Positions 46,293 to 64,000 of a stretch of 64,000 bases of DNA are shown here, in pieces. The stretch is from Macrostomum lignano (taxonomy: Eukaryota). Position 1 is the stretch's first letter, and every line of letters begins with the position of its first letter. Below the pieces are notes generated by a model that worked only from the letters and a program-made list of their open reading frames with translations, searched no databases and was not told the origin of the DNA. The DNA lies in contig NIVC01000158.1 in the NCBI GenBank assembly GCA_002269645.1, forward strand, positions 558,001 through 622,000, in the 5' to 3' direction. Position numbers and translations under genes: made by a program.

Positions 46293-47356
46293 CAGGGGTC
46301 GGCAAACTCGGGACTGTGGGCCACATGCGGCCCGCGAAGCCTCTCTAACCGGCCTTTGGGTCTTTTGAAACTCCACAATAGCAATCTGGCCCGCTCAAGG
46401 TTGGTGTCTCTTCTCAGCTCTCCTCTCTCCCCTCCTCTCCCCTCTCCTCTCTCCTCATCTCCCCTCTCCTCTCTCCCCTCCTCACCCCTCTCCTCTCTCC
46501 CCTCCTCTCTCCCCTCGTCTTCCCTCTCCTCTCTCCCCTCCTCTCCCCTCTCCTCTCTCCCCTCCTCTCCCCTCTCCTCTCTCCCCTCCTCTCCCCTCTC
46601 CTCTCTCCCCTCGTCTTCCCTCTCCTCTCTCCCCTCCTCTCCCCTCTCCTCTCTCCCCTCCTCTCCCTCTCCTCTCTCCCCTCCTCTCCCCTCTCCTCTC
46701 TCCCCTCCTCTCCCCTCTCCTCTCTTCCCTCCTCTCTCCCCTCCTCTCCCCTCTCCTCTCTCCCCTCCTCTCCCCTCTCCTCTCTCCCTCCTCTCCCCTC
46801 TCCTCTCTCCCCTCCTCTCCCCTCTCCTCTCTCCCCTCGTCTTCCCTCTCCTCTCTCCCCTCCTCTCCCCTCTCCTCTCTCCCCTCCTCTCCCCTCTCCT
46901 CTCTCCCCTCCTCTCCCCTCTCCTCTCTCCCCTCCTCTCCCCTCTCCTCTCTCCCCTCGTCTTCCCTCTCCTCTCTCCCCTCCTCTCCCCTCTCCTCTCT
47001 CCCCTCGTCTCCCCTCTCCTTTCTCCCCTCCTCTCCCCTCTCCTCTCTCCCCTCGTCTCCCCTCTCCTTTCTCCCCTCCTCTCCCCTCTCCTCTCTCCCC
47101 TCGTCTTCCCTCTCCTCTCTCCCCTCCTCTCCCCTCTCCTCTCTCCCCTCCTCTCCTCTCTCCCCTACTCTCCTCTCTCCCCTACTCTCCCCTCCTCCTC
47201 GGTCTCTTCTCTCCTCTTATCTCCAATCTCTCCGATTCTCTCCCTTCTTTTCTCTCCCTATTCCCACTTGTCTCTTCACCTGCCACTGGCCCACAGTCAT
47301 GTGCTAGATTCTACGAGTATATCGAGCCCTTAAGTTAAAAAGTTTGCTGATCCCTG
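46293..47356. mobile_element. Non-autonomous hAT(Charlie-like) element carrying a long CT tract
   Basis: TIR CAGGGGTCGGCAAACT versus AGTTTGCTGATCCCTG (14/16). Perfect 8-bp TSD CATTACTC (46285-46292 and 47357-47364). Subterminal GGCCACATGCGGCCC. Confidence 0.88.
46415..47180. repeat. ~750-bp nearly pure C/T tract (CTCTCCCCTCCT units)
   Basis: Directly visible; source of the 420-aa Ser/Pro/Leu ORF. Confidence 0.95.
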
Positions 47357-48834
47357 CATTACTCGAATATCTTTCTGGCCTTTCCCTCTTAGCCCTCAGC
47401 CTGATTTCATTCTGATTTTATTGTACCCTCTCTCTCTCGATCCCGGATCCCCGCCTCTCTCCAGTCTCTCTCTCTATCTCTCTACAGCGCATCATACTTG
47501 TATACATTTTGTCCATTCCTTCATTAATGTCTTGATGCATCGAATAAAAGCATGTTTAAGCAACGTAGACCCAGTGGTAGGAGCAAATTATAGTGCACTC
47601 ATTATTGATGTACAGTTACCGCAGGCGTGTACGAACGTATACGGAATATTCAGCCTAAATTGCCAGCAAATTACAATGATGTTTAAGGTGCAGACGCCTA
47701 GTCGGAAGCGCTATACACTTAAACACTGATGCGCGGTTAGAGATTCGGATAGAGTTGAACCTATACAGTAGTTGGTAGGTTACCGTCTTACCGATCAGTT
47801 CAGACTGCACGGTCACCACTAGAGCTGGGGGGGGGGGGGGGGGGGGAGAGGGGCGGCAGGTACGGACTGTTTATAGTTTATACAGAAGCGCGAATTATCA
47901 GCTTCAGTGAGGCGGTTAAATTTCTGCGGCTAGCTGTAAAGCTTTAGAAGCAGAACAAATTGTTTATTTATTTTTAAAAGAAAACCAAGCAGCGATCGCA
48001 TGTGTGCAATAAATATCAATTCATGCAGAATGCGTGTGACAAGCAAAAGGCCCAAGGCCAGTGTAAGTGCACGGTACAAGCTATCTAACTAGCTACTGCT
48101 CTGTTACCTGGCACCTCAATGACTTGCCTAGATTTACAGACCCAAACCAACAGAATTCTAATCCGATGAACTAAACAGGAAGAAAATTGTTTGAATAATC
48201 TTGAAATTTTATACTTATCATGCTGCGCAAGTAACGCTTAGAAACAGGCCCTCTTGTAGCTGCCATGATAAATGATGATGAAATACAGGGCACATACATG
48301 AGTCACTCGTAGAATGATTCACTATTCAACCAGAAGACTACTTCATGTGATGAAAGTTTGTTTGTTGAGCTGTCATCAGTTTAAGCTTCTGTTCTGTTGT
48401 TCTGCATTTCGCACAGCGTTATTGCGCAGATTGGATTGTGACAAGAAACAATTGATGAAGCTTTTATCGCGCTTGTGTGAGAAATTTGGTGACGCACGCG
48501 ACAGATGAAGCAAGAATGAGAAGGCTGGGTGGGTCCAAGGGCCTGCGTCTGCAAACTGGGTTGGTGAATTCAATGCCTGATTGCAGCATGATATATATAT
48601 TTCTATATCAGTTCAAGCTCGAGACTTCTATAATTGCTTAATAAATCAAAATTCAAAGGACTGGCATTATCGAAAGATGTAGTCGCTAGTTGGATTTGAT
48701 TTGAACTTTGGACAGAAAGTTTTAGAGTTAGACAAGACATCGAATCTCTGCGAGTTGCCTTTGTTACGCTTTTGTATTTCATGTCCTCAAGGTCCCTCGT
48801 CTATTGGTTTTTCGTTTACTAACTACCACCAGAC

Positions 48835-49318
48835 GGGTGGGTTTCATAAACGCGAAACTTCACAACCGCTAAACTTCACAACCGCTAAACTTCACAACCG
48901 CTAAATCACATACTTTCACAATCGCTAAATTTCATAAACGCGAAACTTTACAACCGCTAAGCTTCACAACCGCTAAACTTCACAACCGCTAAATCACATA
49001 CTTTCACAATCGCTAAATTTCATAAACGCGAAACTTCACAACCGCTAAGCTTCACAACCGCTAAACTTCACAACCGCTAAACTTCACAACCGCTAAACTT
49101 CACAACCGCTAAATCACATACTTTCACAATCGCTAAATTTCATAAACGCGAAACTTCACAACCGCTAATTTTTTGCAGTCACTTTCACAAACGCGAAACT
49201 TCATAACCGCGAAACTTCACAACGGCTAAAACTTTTGCACTTACTTTCATATACGACAGTCTTTTTAGCGGTTGTGAAGTTTCGCGGTTATGAAGTTTCG
49301 CGGTTGTGAAAGCAACCC
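48835..49318. mobile_element. Foldback-type MITE with a 16-bp internal repeat (AAACTTCACAACCGCT), Mutator-like
   Basis: Termini GGGTGGGTTTCATAAACGCG versus the reverse complement GGGTTGCTTTCACAACCGCG (16/20). The repeats invert at the right end. The flanks CCACCAGAC and CCACCAGAG are an 8/9 match for a 9-bp TSD. Confidence 0.7.
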
Positions 49319-49337
49319 CCACCAGAGTGATCCGTAC

Positions 49338-50173
49338 TAGGGAATACAAAATCCCGAGTTTTGCCAATCCCAGGATTCACGGGATCGGGATATCCCGGAC
49401 TTTGCCAATCCCGGGATCCCGAAAAATTGGGCCTGGTTGGGATTGAAAAAAATTTCTCCTTTTTTTGGTGCAATTTTGGTTTACGAAGCCATCTAATCTG
49501 ATTTTAAAGGGCTTTCATTAACAAAAGTATAGAACAGAATAAAATATTTTGCAAACAAGAAACTGACAATGAGCTTTGAATTGGAGTGTGATGTACAGGC
49601 TGGCGTAATAGACGTGCTTTTTTACATACCAGTATCAGCTCAGGAAAATCACACTTGATTGTGATGTAACCTGGAGAATGATACATGTATGGCCCGAGGT
49701 ACTCATACCTGGGTAGAAGGGGATCAGACCTTATCTTTCCAGGGGCACCCGCCCTAGATTGAGAATTGGTAGCTTGGGTTCTAATCCCAACTACGGCCAA
49801 GGAGTAGGGACTGCTTAAAGTATTTCTACATTATTACAACTTAAATATCCTTACGACCTGCTAACAGCTTCTGTTTTGTACCCCTGCCCTGCAGCCCTAT
49901 ATATAGCCTTCTACTCACTAGCCTGCAGGCTCAAAAGATTATTAAATCAAAAGTATACGACAACTGGATTTTCACCTTAAAAGTAACTCAGCTGCAGATA
50001 CTACTAATCGAGAATGAATGATTGAATTATTGCAAAGCGGGATCGGGATCCCGATGGTCGATCCCGGGATCATCGAATCCCGGACAATTGTGATCCCGGG
50101 ATTTAGGCCGAATAAAAATCCCGGGATTTGGGCCTAATCCTGGGATTTCGGGATACCGGGATTGTATTCCCTG
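49338..50173. mobile_element. Non-autonomous TIR element with TAGGG/CCCTG termini and ATCCCG(G) subterminal repeats
   Basis: TIR (T/C)AGGGAATACAA. Perfect 9-bp flanking duplication GATCCGTAC (49329-49337 and 50174-50182). ATCCCG/CGGGAT motifs cluster at both ends. Confidence 0.85.
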
Positions 50174-51334
50174 GATCCGTACAACTATTCAAGTGAAACA
50201 AGCTCAAAACATCCATTCATTTCCAATTGCAACTTCCTATTCCAACTCTGGGATGTTAACACCGCAAAGCTTAAAAATGATTTCAAAGTGGCTTGATTTA
50301 GGGTTAAGCGAAAAAGTCTATGTATGAGGTGAAGATAAAGGTAAAGCAGGAAGAGGAAAATCGCGTTCTCATTTCGATTCAAAATAATCACAGGACAAAA
50401 TGTGAGGCTTTTTAATTTATTAAGCTGAGGAATAAGCTTTTCTTTCTGTTCCAAAGCTGTATTTATCACACTACCACTACATGCTGGCCAGCCATGGATT
50501 CATTCCCGTTACCGCCAAGCCACATTGCCACAAAGTCCAACCCAACTAACTCCTTTAGAGGGGGGAGCCGGGGAGCTTGGGCCCCCGCCGCAAGGCGCTC
50601 AATTTCCTACCCCCAAAGCCCCAACCCCGAACCCATACGAGGGGCACCCAACCCCCCAACCAGCCAACAGCAGAGGGACGCCGGGGCCCTTCAACCCCCT
50701 CCACCCCACGCCATCCGACCCTCCCCTCCCCGTCCACAGGGAGAGGGCTTTATATAAAGTCAAAAGCCCAACGCACCCCGCTTCTTCGTCATTTTCACTC
50801 CGCACTGCACAACTGTCCCTGAAAAAGGCCGAAATCTTTTTTCTACTTAAAACTGAGACGTTCGCGCCAGTTTCCCTGTCGCTTCAAATCCACCCTTGGC
50901 CTTGCCTTGCCATGGACATGTAGCATTGGACTTAACACTGTAGACTGTAGAGAATCGAGAGCCAAACTGCGCAACACCCGACGCATAAATAATATAAGCG
51001 CGAAAGTGAGTCGGTCAAAGGCGCTGCTTGTTTTCCAATAGCATTTCTCTGTTGCTATGAATTGGTATTTTTATGTGCAACTCTGTCAGACCGTGCCGGG
51101 GAGCACCTCTGTGACGCGGGGCCGATGCCGCCTTGTCATGGAGCTGCTCTCTTACCTGCCTGACGTTAATCATCGTTGCTGTACCCCCCCCCCCCCCTAA
51201 ATGCAGCCCATATTCCCCATCGTCATTGCATATGCGGATGCCATACTAGCCATGTAGTGGCTTATTATACTAATGTAATACGAATTACGGAACTATCGCT
51301 TTCACAAAAGACAGAAAGTATGAAGATCATGTCC

Positions 51335-52325
51335 TGGCAGCCCGATCGCCAGTGGGCTTATCCCCCTAATCACTAGCCTTATCCTGTCCGATCGCCAGTG
51401 GGCTTATCCCCCTAATCACTAGCCTTATCCAGATCCTGTCCGATCTCCAGTGGGTTTATCCCCTTCCCCAAACAGGCTTATCCTGTCCGATCTCCAGTGG
51501 GCTTATCCTCTCCCCCAAACAGGCTTATCCTGTCCGATCGCCAGTGCGCTTATCCCCCTAATCACTAGCCTTATCCTGTCCGATCTCCAGTGGGCTTATC
51601 CCCCTAATCACTAGCCTTATCCTGTCCGATCTCCAGTGGGCTTATCCCCCTAATCACTAGCCTTATCCAGATCCTGTCCGATCGCCAGTGCGCTTATCCC
51701 CCTAATCACTAGCCTTATCCTGTCCGATCTCCAGTGGGCTTATCCCCCTAATCACTAGCCTTATCCAGATCCTGTCCGATCGCCAGTGCGCTTATCCCCC
51801 TAATCACTAGGCTTATCCAGATCCTGTCCGATCGCCAGTGCGCTTATCCCCCTAATCACTAGCCTTATCCTGTCCGATCGCCAGTGGGCTTATCCCCCTA
51901 ATCACTAGCCTTATCCTGTCCGATCTCCAGTGGGCTTATCCCCCTAATCACTAGCCTTATCCTGTCCGATCGCCAGTGGGCTTATCCCCCTAATCACTAG
52001 CCTTATCCAGATCCTGTCCGATCTCCAGTGGGCTTATCCCCTCCCCCAAACAGGCTTATCCTGTCCGATCTCCAGTGGGCTTATCCCCTCCCCAAACAGG
52101 CTTATCCTGTCCGATCTCCAGTGGGCTTATCCCCTCCCCCAAACAGGCTTATCCTGTCCGATCTCCAGTGGGCTTATCCCCTCCCCCAAACAGGCTTATC
52201 CTGTCCGATCTCCAGTGGGCTTATCCCCCTAATCACTAGCCTTATCCTGTCCGATATTCAGTGGGTTTGTCCACCCCCCCCCCAAACAGGCTTATCCTGC
52301 CCGATATCTAGTAGGCTTATCCTGT
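51335..52325. repeat. ~41-48-bp minisatellite (CCAGTGGGCTTATCCCCCTAATCACTAGCCTTATCCTGTCCGAT and variants)
   Basis: About 22 tandem units of two or three variant types. Confidence 0.92.
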
Positions 52326-53521
52326 TTGATAAAACCAATTTTGAAGTCATTTTTAAATATGCGAGTATAATCTAAGCAAGCATCTCAATAAAGCAGCTAA
52401 ATTATGAGTTTAGCATGCATTGCAATATGCTATAAGGTTTGCGTGGAGCAGATGTCAAAAGCACTACTGGAAGTAGGTAATTTCTCGTATAGGTAGCTCG
52501 TAAATATACACGATAAATATTTCGGTAAGCTCAAAGAAGTTTGATGTCTTCACAGTTTATGTTTATTTAAATAAGTCACTTTGATTATGGGTATATGAGT
52601 AGATTTAAAAATAAATAAAAATCTAGTGTTATGGAACACACAGAAGTCAACCTGAGTTGGCCTAAAGCATTTCAAAACAGGTTGATTGCGTGTGTGCAAC
52701 TGCAACAGAAAGCATGCCATTGGAGCTTGTGTATTAAACATGCTGGATATTAATCACCAATCACAGGTACTGAGAAAGCATATAAATACAGTAAAGAAAA
52801 GCTCCGGAGCTCCGGATCTCCTATTAAGTGCAGTCATGACAGATATGCATGCACAGTACATATACATCGACCAAGGACCACTGAAGTCACTTCGTTAAAC
52901 TTACTTAAGTAGTCTACTTAAGTATAGTCCTTGACATCGACTCTATCAACAATTTTTATCTAAACTTCAAGACAGGCTTGAGGTAAGCAAACGTGTCTAA
53001 TTTCAGGACATTTCAGGAGCGCTAGCTATGGGAAGATATTACAGTTGCTCTTCAAAGCAGAGTGTTGGTTCGAGTAGGAACTGCAGGTGTGTATTGTTTT
53101 AATCAGAAATTTCAGGCTTTGGTTTGAGGAAATTAAAATTTTTATCAAAGGAAAGACAATTAAACGGGAACAATTTTCTTTTTTAACTTTCAATCATCGG
53201 TAGACGTAGGTCAATTTGCAGTTGACATTGCCTCAATATATTCGAGTCACGAACAGACAGCATTTCTGCCTGTTTGGAGGGTGCACCAAACAGAAGATTG
53301 CTTTCAGCATCGCGTTCTTGAGCCTTCCGATCATTTTTTGCAGCAGATGAAGGAAGACACGTGAAAAAGGAAGCCTCGACAAAAGCTTAATTTCCTGAGA
53401 TCTAATCGTCATCAAGTCGAGGTCTATCGGCACGCATTGTCTATCTCAGGCACTGAGCTTTAATCTGTATAAATGATTGCCAGGTGAGCCGCCGGAGATG
53501 TGTCGCTAGCTCTGCACCGGC

Positions 53522-54448
53522 ATGGACGCGGCCGATCTGATCGCTCAACGCCACCGACAGTTCCTAGCTTTGGTCACTTTGCCAATGATTGCAGCATCAA
53601 CCATCGGTAACTGCCTGTCCTACATGCTGCTACACCTGTCCAAGCAGACGACCAGCACGTCCTACTACTTACGAGCGCTGGCTGTGGCTGACACGCTCAC
53701 CGTGCACACGCTATGCTGGCGCTACTTCATTCTGGGCGTCTCTAATATTGATATTTTTGCCCAGACGGACACCGGCTGCAAGGCGCAGATGTTTGTCAAC
53801 TATATCGTGTCGGACGTGGCCGTCTGGCTAGTTCCCTGCGTGTCCATGGACCGGGTGCTCGCGCTCTACTTGCCGCTCAAAAGTCGCCAGTGGTGCACTC
53901 GAAAGGCGGCGCTAGCCGTGCTGGCTGGTCTGACAGTCTTGGCGCTGGCCAAGAACGCCATCCTGCTGGTCGGACTGCAGGTTAGTTTTGATGAAATGTG
54001 TGAAAAATTTCAGCGTAAATCCAAGCTGGTCCAATAGAATAGACACCTCACAATGCCTGACTCTGTGTAGGTGAACTACGTAACGGTGAACGGCACCGTG
54101 GTTGATCAGTACTGCTGGGCCGGCCCGGACATGCTGGCGGCTTGGTCGGTGCGCAATGCCATCGCCTTCGCCACGGTCGCCTGCGTGCCAGCCGGCGTCA
54201 CGCTGGTGATGAACTGCCTACTTTTTGTTGGCATCAAGCGACGCTTTGTCGCTTCCTCTTCGGGCGGCGACAGCGAGCAGGAGCAGGCGTTGAAGAACTC
54301 CATCCGTCTCACGCTGGCCATCTCGGTGGCCTTCCTGATCTTTCTTGTCCCGTTCTTCACCTTCTTGAACATCAGGCCGACCCTGCCGACGGTCAGCCCG
54401 GCTGACGAAGCAACAAATGAGTTCATTCAAACGGGTCTGGAGATGTGA
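53522..54448 (+). CDS. Rhodopsin-like (class A) peptide-type GPCR; exons 53522-53980 and 54071-54448; TM7 not found
   Basis: TM1 GN, TM2 YLRALAVADTL, TM3 Cys...SMDRVLALYLP, ECL2 Cys, TM5 VPAGVTLVMN, TM6 LAISVAFLIFLVP. Phase-0 GT-AG intron. The frame ends FIQTGLEM*. Confidence 0.82.
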
Positions 54449-55264
54449 CTGCAATTGAAAAGCCGTTTGCTGGGACAATTACGAGCGTAACTTCGTAGCA
54501 TAAAAATAAAGGAATCTGATACGTGCTACCTGTAGAGCAGACTCGTAGCACTGTCAGTTGAAGGATGAATAAACTCGACTGTGTTTAGATTGTGCTTTCC
54601 ACATCTGCACTTTTCAGTATACAGGGACTAAATTAAGTACTCGAAAAAGCGGCTCTGAGCAGAAGCTTAAAGCTGATGGGCGTGCAAGCATTGTCATAGC
54701 AACCGAAATGGCAGAAATCAACTTGCATCTGTTCATCTCGTGTAACTACGAGAGCAGGACGGATTATGGCTTAGCGCGCAGCTCAGCTGAAATCTCTCGA
54801 ATACGAACTAATTAGCATGATAATGCATCAAATAAACGGTTAGTATTCCTTTGCGCATCGATCTGTAGTCAATAATTCATATATAATTCATGCAATTAAT
54901 CTCTTCCTTCCATGACCATGGCATTCATTCGTTTTCTTCTCCTTGAACAATTCTTTTAAAATCATTCTCCTATCCCGCTTAAGTGTAGACTATGGACTCA
55001 AATGCACATAGTTGCGATTGCAAGGCACTGTTGAGCGGACTAACTAGTGTACACGTTTGCTGGCATTACTCTGGAAGCGTATAGCGCCAGATGGAATTTC
55101 AGATTATTACAGGAAGTCTTCCTGCAGGTTTTCCTGCAGGAAATTTCCCCGCAATGAAGCTTTCAAATATTGACAGCAAAACGTCGCGACGGGAAAAAAA
55201 CTAGTGCTGGAATCTCGGCGGGAAAGCTTCACTGCTGGGGAAAATTACAGCAGGAAAACTTTCT

Positions 55265-55590
55265 GTGGGAAACCCTCCTGTGGGAAACCCTCCTGTGGGA
55301 AACCCTCCTGTGGGAAACCCTCCTGTGGGAATCCTCGTGTGGGAAACCCTCCTGTGGGAAACCCTCCTTCCTACGGGAAGCCCTCCTGAGGGAAACCCTC
55401 TTGTGGGAAACCCTCCTGCAGGAAACCATCCTGCGGGAATCCTCGTGTGGGAAACCCTCCTGCGGGACACCCTCCTGCGGGAATCCTCCTGCGGGAATCC
55501 TTCCCGCGGGAATCCTTCTGCGGTATACCCTCCCGCGGGAAACCCTCCTGCGCGAAACCCTCCTGCGGGAATCCTCCTGCGGTAAACCCT
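55265..55590. repeat. 15-bp minisatellite (GGGAAACCCTCCTGY)
   Basis: About 20 diverged tandem units, with related inverted motifs at 55120-55155. Confidence 0.85.
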
Positions 55591-55894
55591 TACTTTGCGG
55601 TATACGAATAATAGATTGATTCAATAATTTGGTTTATATCGTTGTCTATCCTGCAATCGTACGAGTACTTTTACACATGCTAACATTTAAGTCTTTCATC
55701 CATCGGAAGACTTGGCCGTATTGATAATTCTCTGAGTAACTCAGTAAATATTTAAGCTGCGATGTTCACTTTCACCACTACTCAAATGAAGCCAGCCTTG
55801 CTTCATTTACAGTACGTACAAGTACGCTAGTACAAAACTGGGGAAAATGCAAATATCAATGATGAATGCTTAGTATCGACGCTACTATTCCTAT

Positions 55895-56612
55895 CCACCC
55901 GATCACTAGTGAGTCCACCCCACCACTAATGAGTCCACCCGATCACTAATGAGTCCACCCCACCACTAATGAGTCCACCGGATCACTAATGAGTCCACCC
56001 CACCACTAATGAGTCCACCCGATCACTAATGAGTCCACCCCACCACTAATGAGTCCACCGGATCACTAATGAGTCCACCCCACCACTAATGAGTCCACCC
56101 GATCGCTAATGAGTCCACCCGATCACTAATGAGTCCACTCGATCACTAATGAGTCCACCCGATCACTAATGAGTCCACCCGATCACTAATGAGTCCACCC
56201 GATCACTAATGAGTCCACCCCACCACTAATGAGTCCACCCCACCACTAATGAGTCCACCCGATCACTAATGAGTCCACCCGATCACTAATGAGTCCACCC
56301 GATCACTAATGAGTCCACCCGATCACTAATGAGTCCACCCGATCACTAATGAGTCCACCCCACCACTAATGAGTCCACCCGATCACTAATGAGTCCACCC
56401 GATCACTAATGAGTCCACCCCACCACTAATGAGTCCACCCGATCACTAATGAGTCCACCCCACCACTAATGAGTCCACCCGATCACTAATGAGTCCACCC
56501 GATCACTAATGAGTCCACCCGATCACTAATGAGTCCATCCGATCACTAATGAGTCCACCCGATCACTAATGAGTCCATCCGATCACTAATGAGTCCATAC
56601 CATCACCAATGA
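55895..56612. repeat. 20-bp minisatellite (GATC/CACC-ACTAATGAGTCCACCC)
   Basis: About 35 copies in two interleaved variants. Confidence 0.95.
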
Positions 56613-57069
56613 GCATCTAAAAACAGGCAAATCATAGTTTTTACTTCAAACTGTTGAACAGAGTGCGTTAAGGATTAGCAAGCCCCTGATTTGACACAAC
56701 AACGCACAAACTGGAGTACAAATTTATTTTGAATTACACAAATTTGATATACAGCTGTATATGTAATATACAGCAGAATAAAATATAATTAACACTACAG
56801 GCCAATGGTTTGCTATTTGGCAGTTAAAGAGTCAGTTTATAAAAAGCGCAATATGAAATGGGAAAACGTGCACTCATCTTTTTAAAAATAAAAATAAGCA
56901 CAGCACGCAATCGTCATTTAAAACAACCTTTAAAGCGAATCTGTAACATGCCCTGATCAGCGCAGTCGTCATCATTTTATAGTTATTAAGCAAATTAACC
57001 ACTAGTTTTAGTCGAAGCAAAATAGGGAGATCATATACAGCTTTCAGAGATCCATTTTAGTCCTCCAAA

Positions 57070-57460
57070 TTGGCTAGATTAGCAATCCATTTTAATAATC
57101 CATGTTGGCTAGATTAGCAATCCATTTTAATAATTCATGCTGGTTAGATTAGCAATCCATTCTAGCCATAAATTCCTAGTTGGCTAGATTAGCAATCCAT
57201 TTTAATAATCCATGTTGGCTAGATTAGCAATCCATTTTAATAATTCATGCTGGTTAGATTAGCAATCCATTCTAGCCATAAATTCCTAGTTGGCTAGATT
57301 AGCAATCCATTCTATTCCTAAATTCATAGTTGGCTAGATTAGCAATCCATTTTAATAATCCATGTTGGCTGGATTAGCAATCCTTTTACTAATTCATGTT
57401 GGCTAGATTAGCAATCCATTATATTCCTAAAGTAATAGTTGGCTGGATTAGCAATCCATT
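57070..57460. repeat. ~35-40-bp AT-rich minisatellite (TTGGCTAGATTAGCAATCCATT...)
   Basis: About 10 units with a higher-order duplication. Confidence 0.85.
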
Positions 57461-58191
57461 AGATTCTATTCCTGAATTTAAAATAAAAATTTGTGTTTTT
57501 TTTTGGTGTGTTTTCAGGTTATTATATTGCGTTAAAAGAATTTCATATAAACAAAAAATTAAATACTTATACATTAAAGTTCTACTTAAAGTAATATAAA
57601 AATAGGACATGAGAAAACAGCTGAGAGTCACCAATTCACTGATAAATTTGTATTGAGTAGAAAAAGCACAGGTAATTAATCATTTTAGTGTCTATATAAT
57701 TTCGACTAGCAGCTAATTATAATTTTTAGCAAAAATATTTTACAGGAAAGCGAAAAGCGCCAATTATAAGAGATGCTTTATATGCATTAAATTAAATGAG
57801 GCCATAGTAATAATCTATATATTAAAATATTTAATAAACGTACACTTGTAATATTTCAGAAACGACTTTAAAAAACTGGTTGGAAAGTAGATAGTTAAAG
57901 TTTTGCAGTTAAAACTGTATGGAAGCAAGCAGTTATAATACTATGAATAAATCATGCCAAGCGTATATTGTAGTAAGCAATTTACAATAGACATTATATA
58001 TTATTATGTTTGCATTTATTTAGGTGGGCTGCAAAAACAAGGGGCACTGGCCATTCGGTATTACAGTACATTCCGGGCCTATCTGCAGTTGGTTGTGTAC
58101 AAAGTTTATTCATAAGTCGTACATTTGGAATTCGATCAGATGTAAATTGAAGTTGCACTAGGATTACAATATTCGGTTTCTGGTGCTTGGT

Positions 58192-58570
58192 TTGGGGCTG
58201 GAGCAGAGGATGTACACTGGGGGCTGGAGCAGAGGATGTACACTGGGGGCTGGAGCAGAGGATGTACACTGGGGGCTGGAGCAGAGGATGTACACTGGGG
58301 CTGGAGCAGAGGATGTACACTGGGGGCTGGAGCAGAGGATGTACACTGGGGGCTGGAGCAGAGGATGTACACTGGGGGCTGGAGCAGAGGATGTACACTG
58401 GGGCTGGAGCAGAGGATGTACACTGGGGCTGGAGCAGAGGATGTACACTGGGGCTGGAGCAGAGGATGTACACTGGGGGCTGGAGCAGAGGATGTACACT
58501 GGGGGCTGGAGCAGAGGATGTACACTGGGGGCTGGAGCAGAGTATGTACACTGGGGGCTGGAGCAGAGGG
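58192..58570. repeat. 25-26-bp minisatellite (CTGGAGCAGAGGATGTACACTGGGG(G))
   Basis: About 14 tandem copies; source of several spurious ORFs. Confidence 0.93.
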
Positions 58571-58979
58571 TGCACATACGAGTGGTTCAATACATTAGGT
58601 AAAAGCTCCGATGGCAGAAGCGGTACTGCAAATGAGGAATATTCAGATCCGTTCCTAATTAGATTGGCTCAGCATCGAACACTGATAGAAATCACGCCAA
58701 TATTGGGACGATGAATATGGCACTCGATTAGCAAATTAAGATAAAAACCGAGAAAAAATGAAAAGCGAAAAAAGAAAAAAATCTGGAATAAAAAGCACAG
58801 GGTTTAAGCCGGAAATTAGGTTTACAGTAGAGCAGAGCACTTGCAGAGACATTAAACACGGGATGCAATAATAGCAAAATAATTCATTTATATTACTTGC
58901 AGTAGAATGAACAGACAAAGCCAACAATTGAAGTGAATGAAATGATCACAGACAGGCAGTCAGCAGTTTGGGTGTGAAG

Positions 58980-64000
<5,021 letters not shown>

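Noticed and set aside
46071-47333. 420-aa Ser/Pro/Leu-rich ORF
   Set aside because: Translation of the CT tract inside a hAT MITE.
47827-47846. G20 homopolymer and C-rich clusters at 50.6 kb as G-quadruplex elements
   Set aside because: They could form G4 structures, but no context links them to a function, and homopolymer length is unreliable.
55170-58714. Repetitive ORFs over the 15-bp and 26-bp arrays
   Set aside because: Tandem-repeat translations with no domain signal or splice support.

Overview
Eukaryotic (metazoan) genomic DNA with GC-rich exons, AT-rich introns and very abundant intronic mini- and microsatellites. The style resembles a free-living flatworm such as Macrostomum (inference only). 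I reconstructed six spliced host genes by hand from GT-AG junctions and reading-frame phase: (1) PDE6D (minus, 2 exons); (2) a 14-exon, ~1620-aa receptor protein tyrosine phosphatase (minus) with signal peptide, EGF-like and FN3 domains, a Thr-rich stalk, a furin site, a TM helix and two degenerate PTP domains; (3) an SRCR-SRCR-ZP protein (plus), head-to-head with the RPTP; (4) PDE9 (plus, 13 exons) with a pair of mutually exclusive exons; (5) a class A peptide-type GPCR that appears to stop after TM6; (6) the 3' part of a WWP1/ITCH-like HECT E3 ligase (minus) with only two WW domains before the HECT domain and a frameshift just before the catalytic Cys. RPTP intron 3 holds a nearly intact THAP-domain P-element (33-bp TIRs, perfect 8-bp TSD, 3-exon transposase with one homopolymer frameshift). 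There are also several non-autonomous TIR elements with recognisable TSDs, tRNA-derived SINE-like relics, a Helitron-like hairpin/CTAG end and about 20 tandem-repeat arrays. No rRNA, intact tRNA or CRISPR array is supported.
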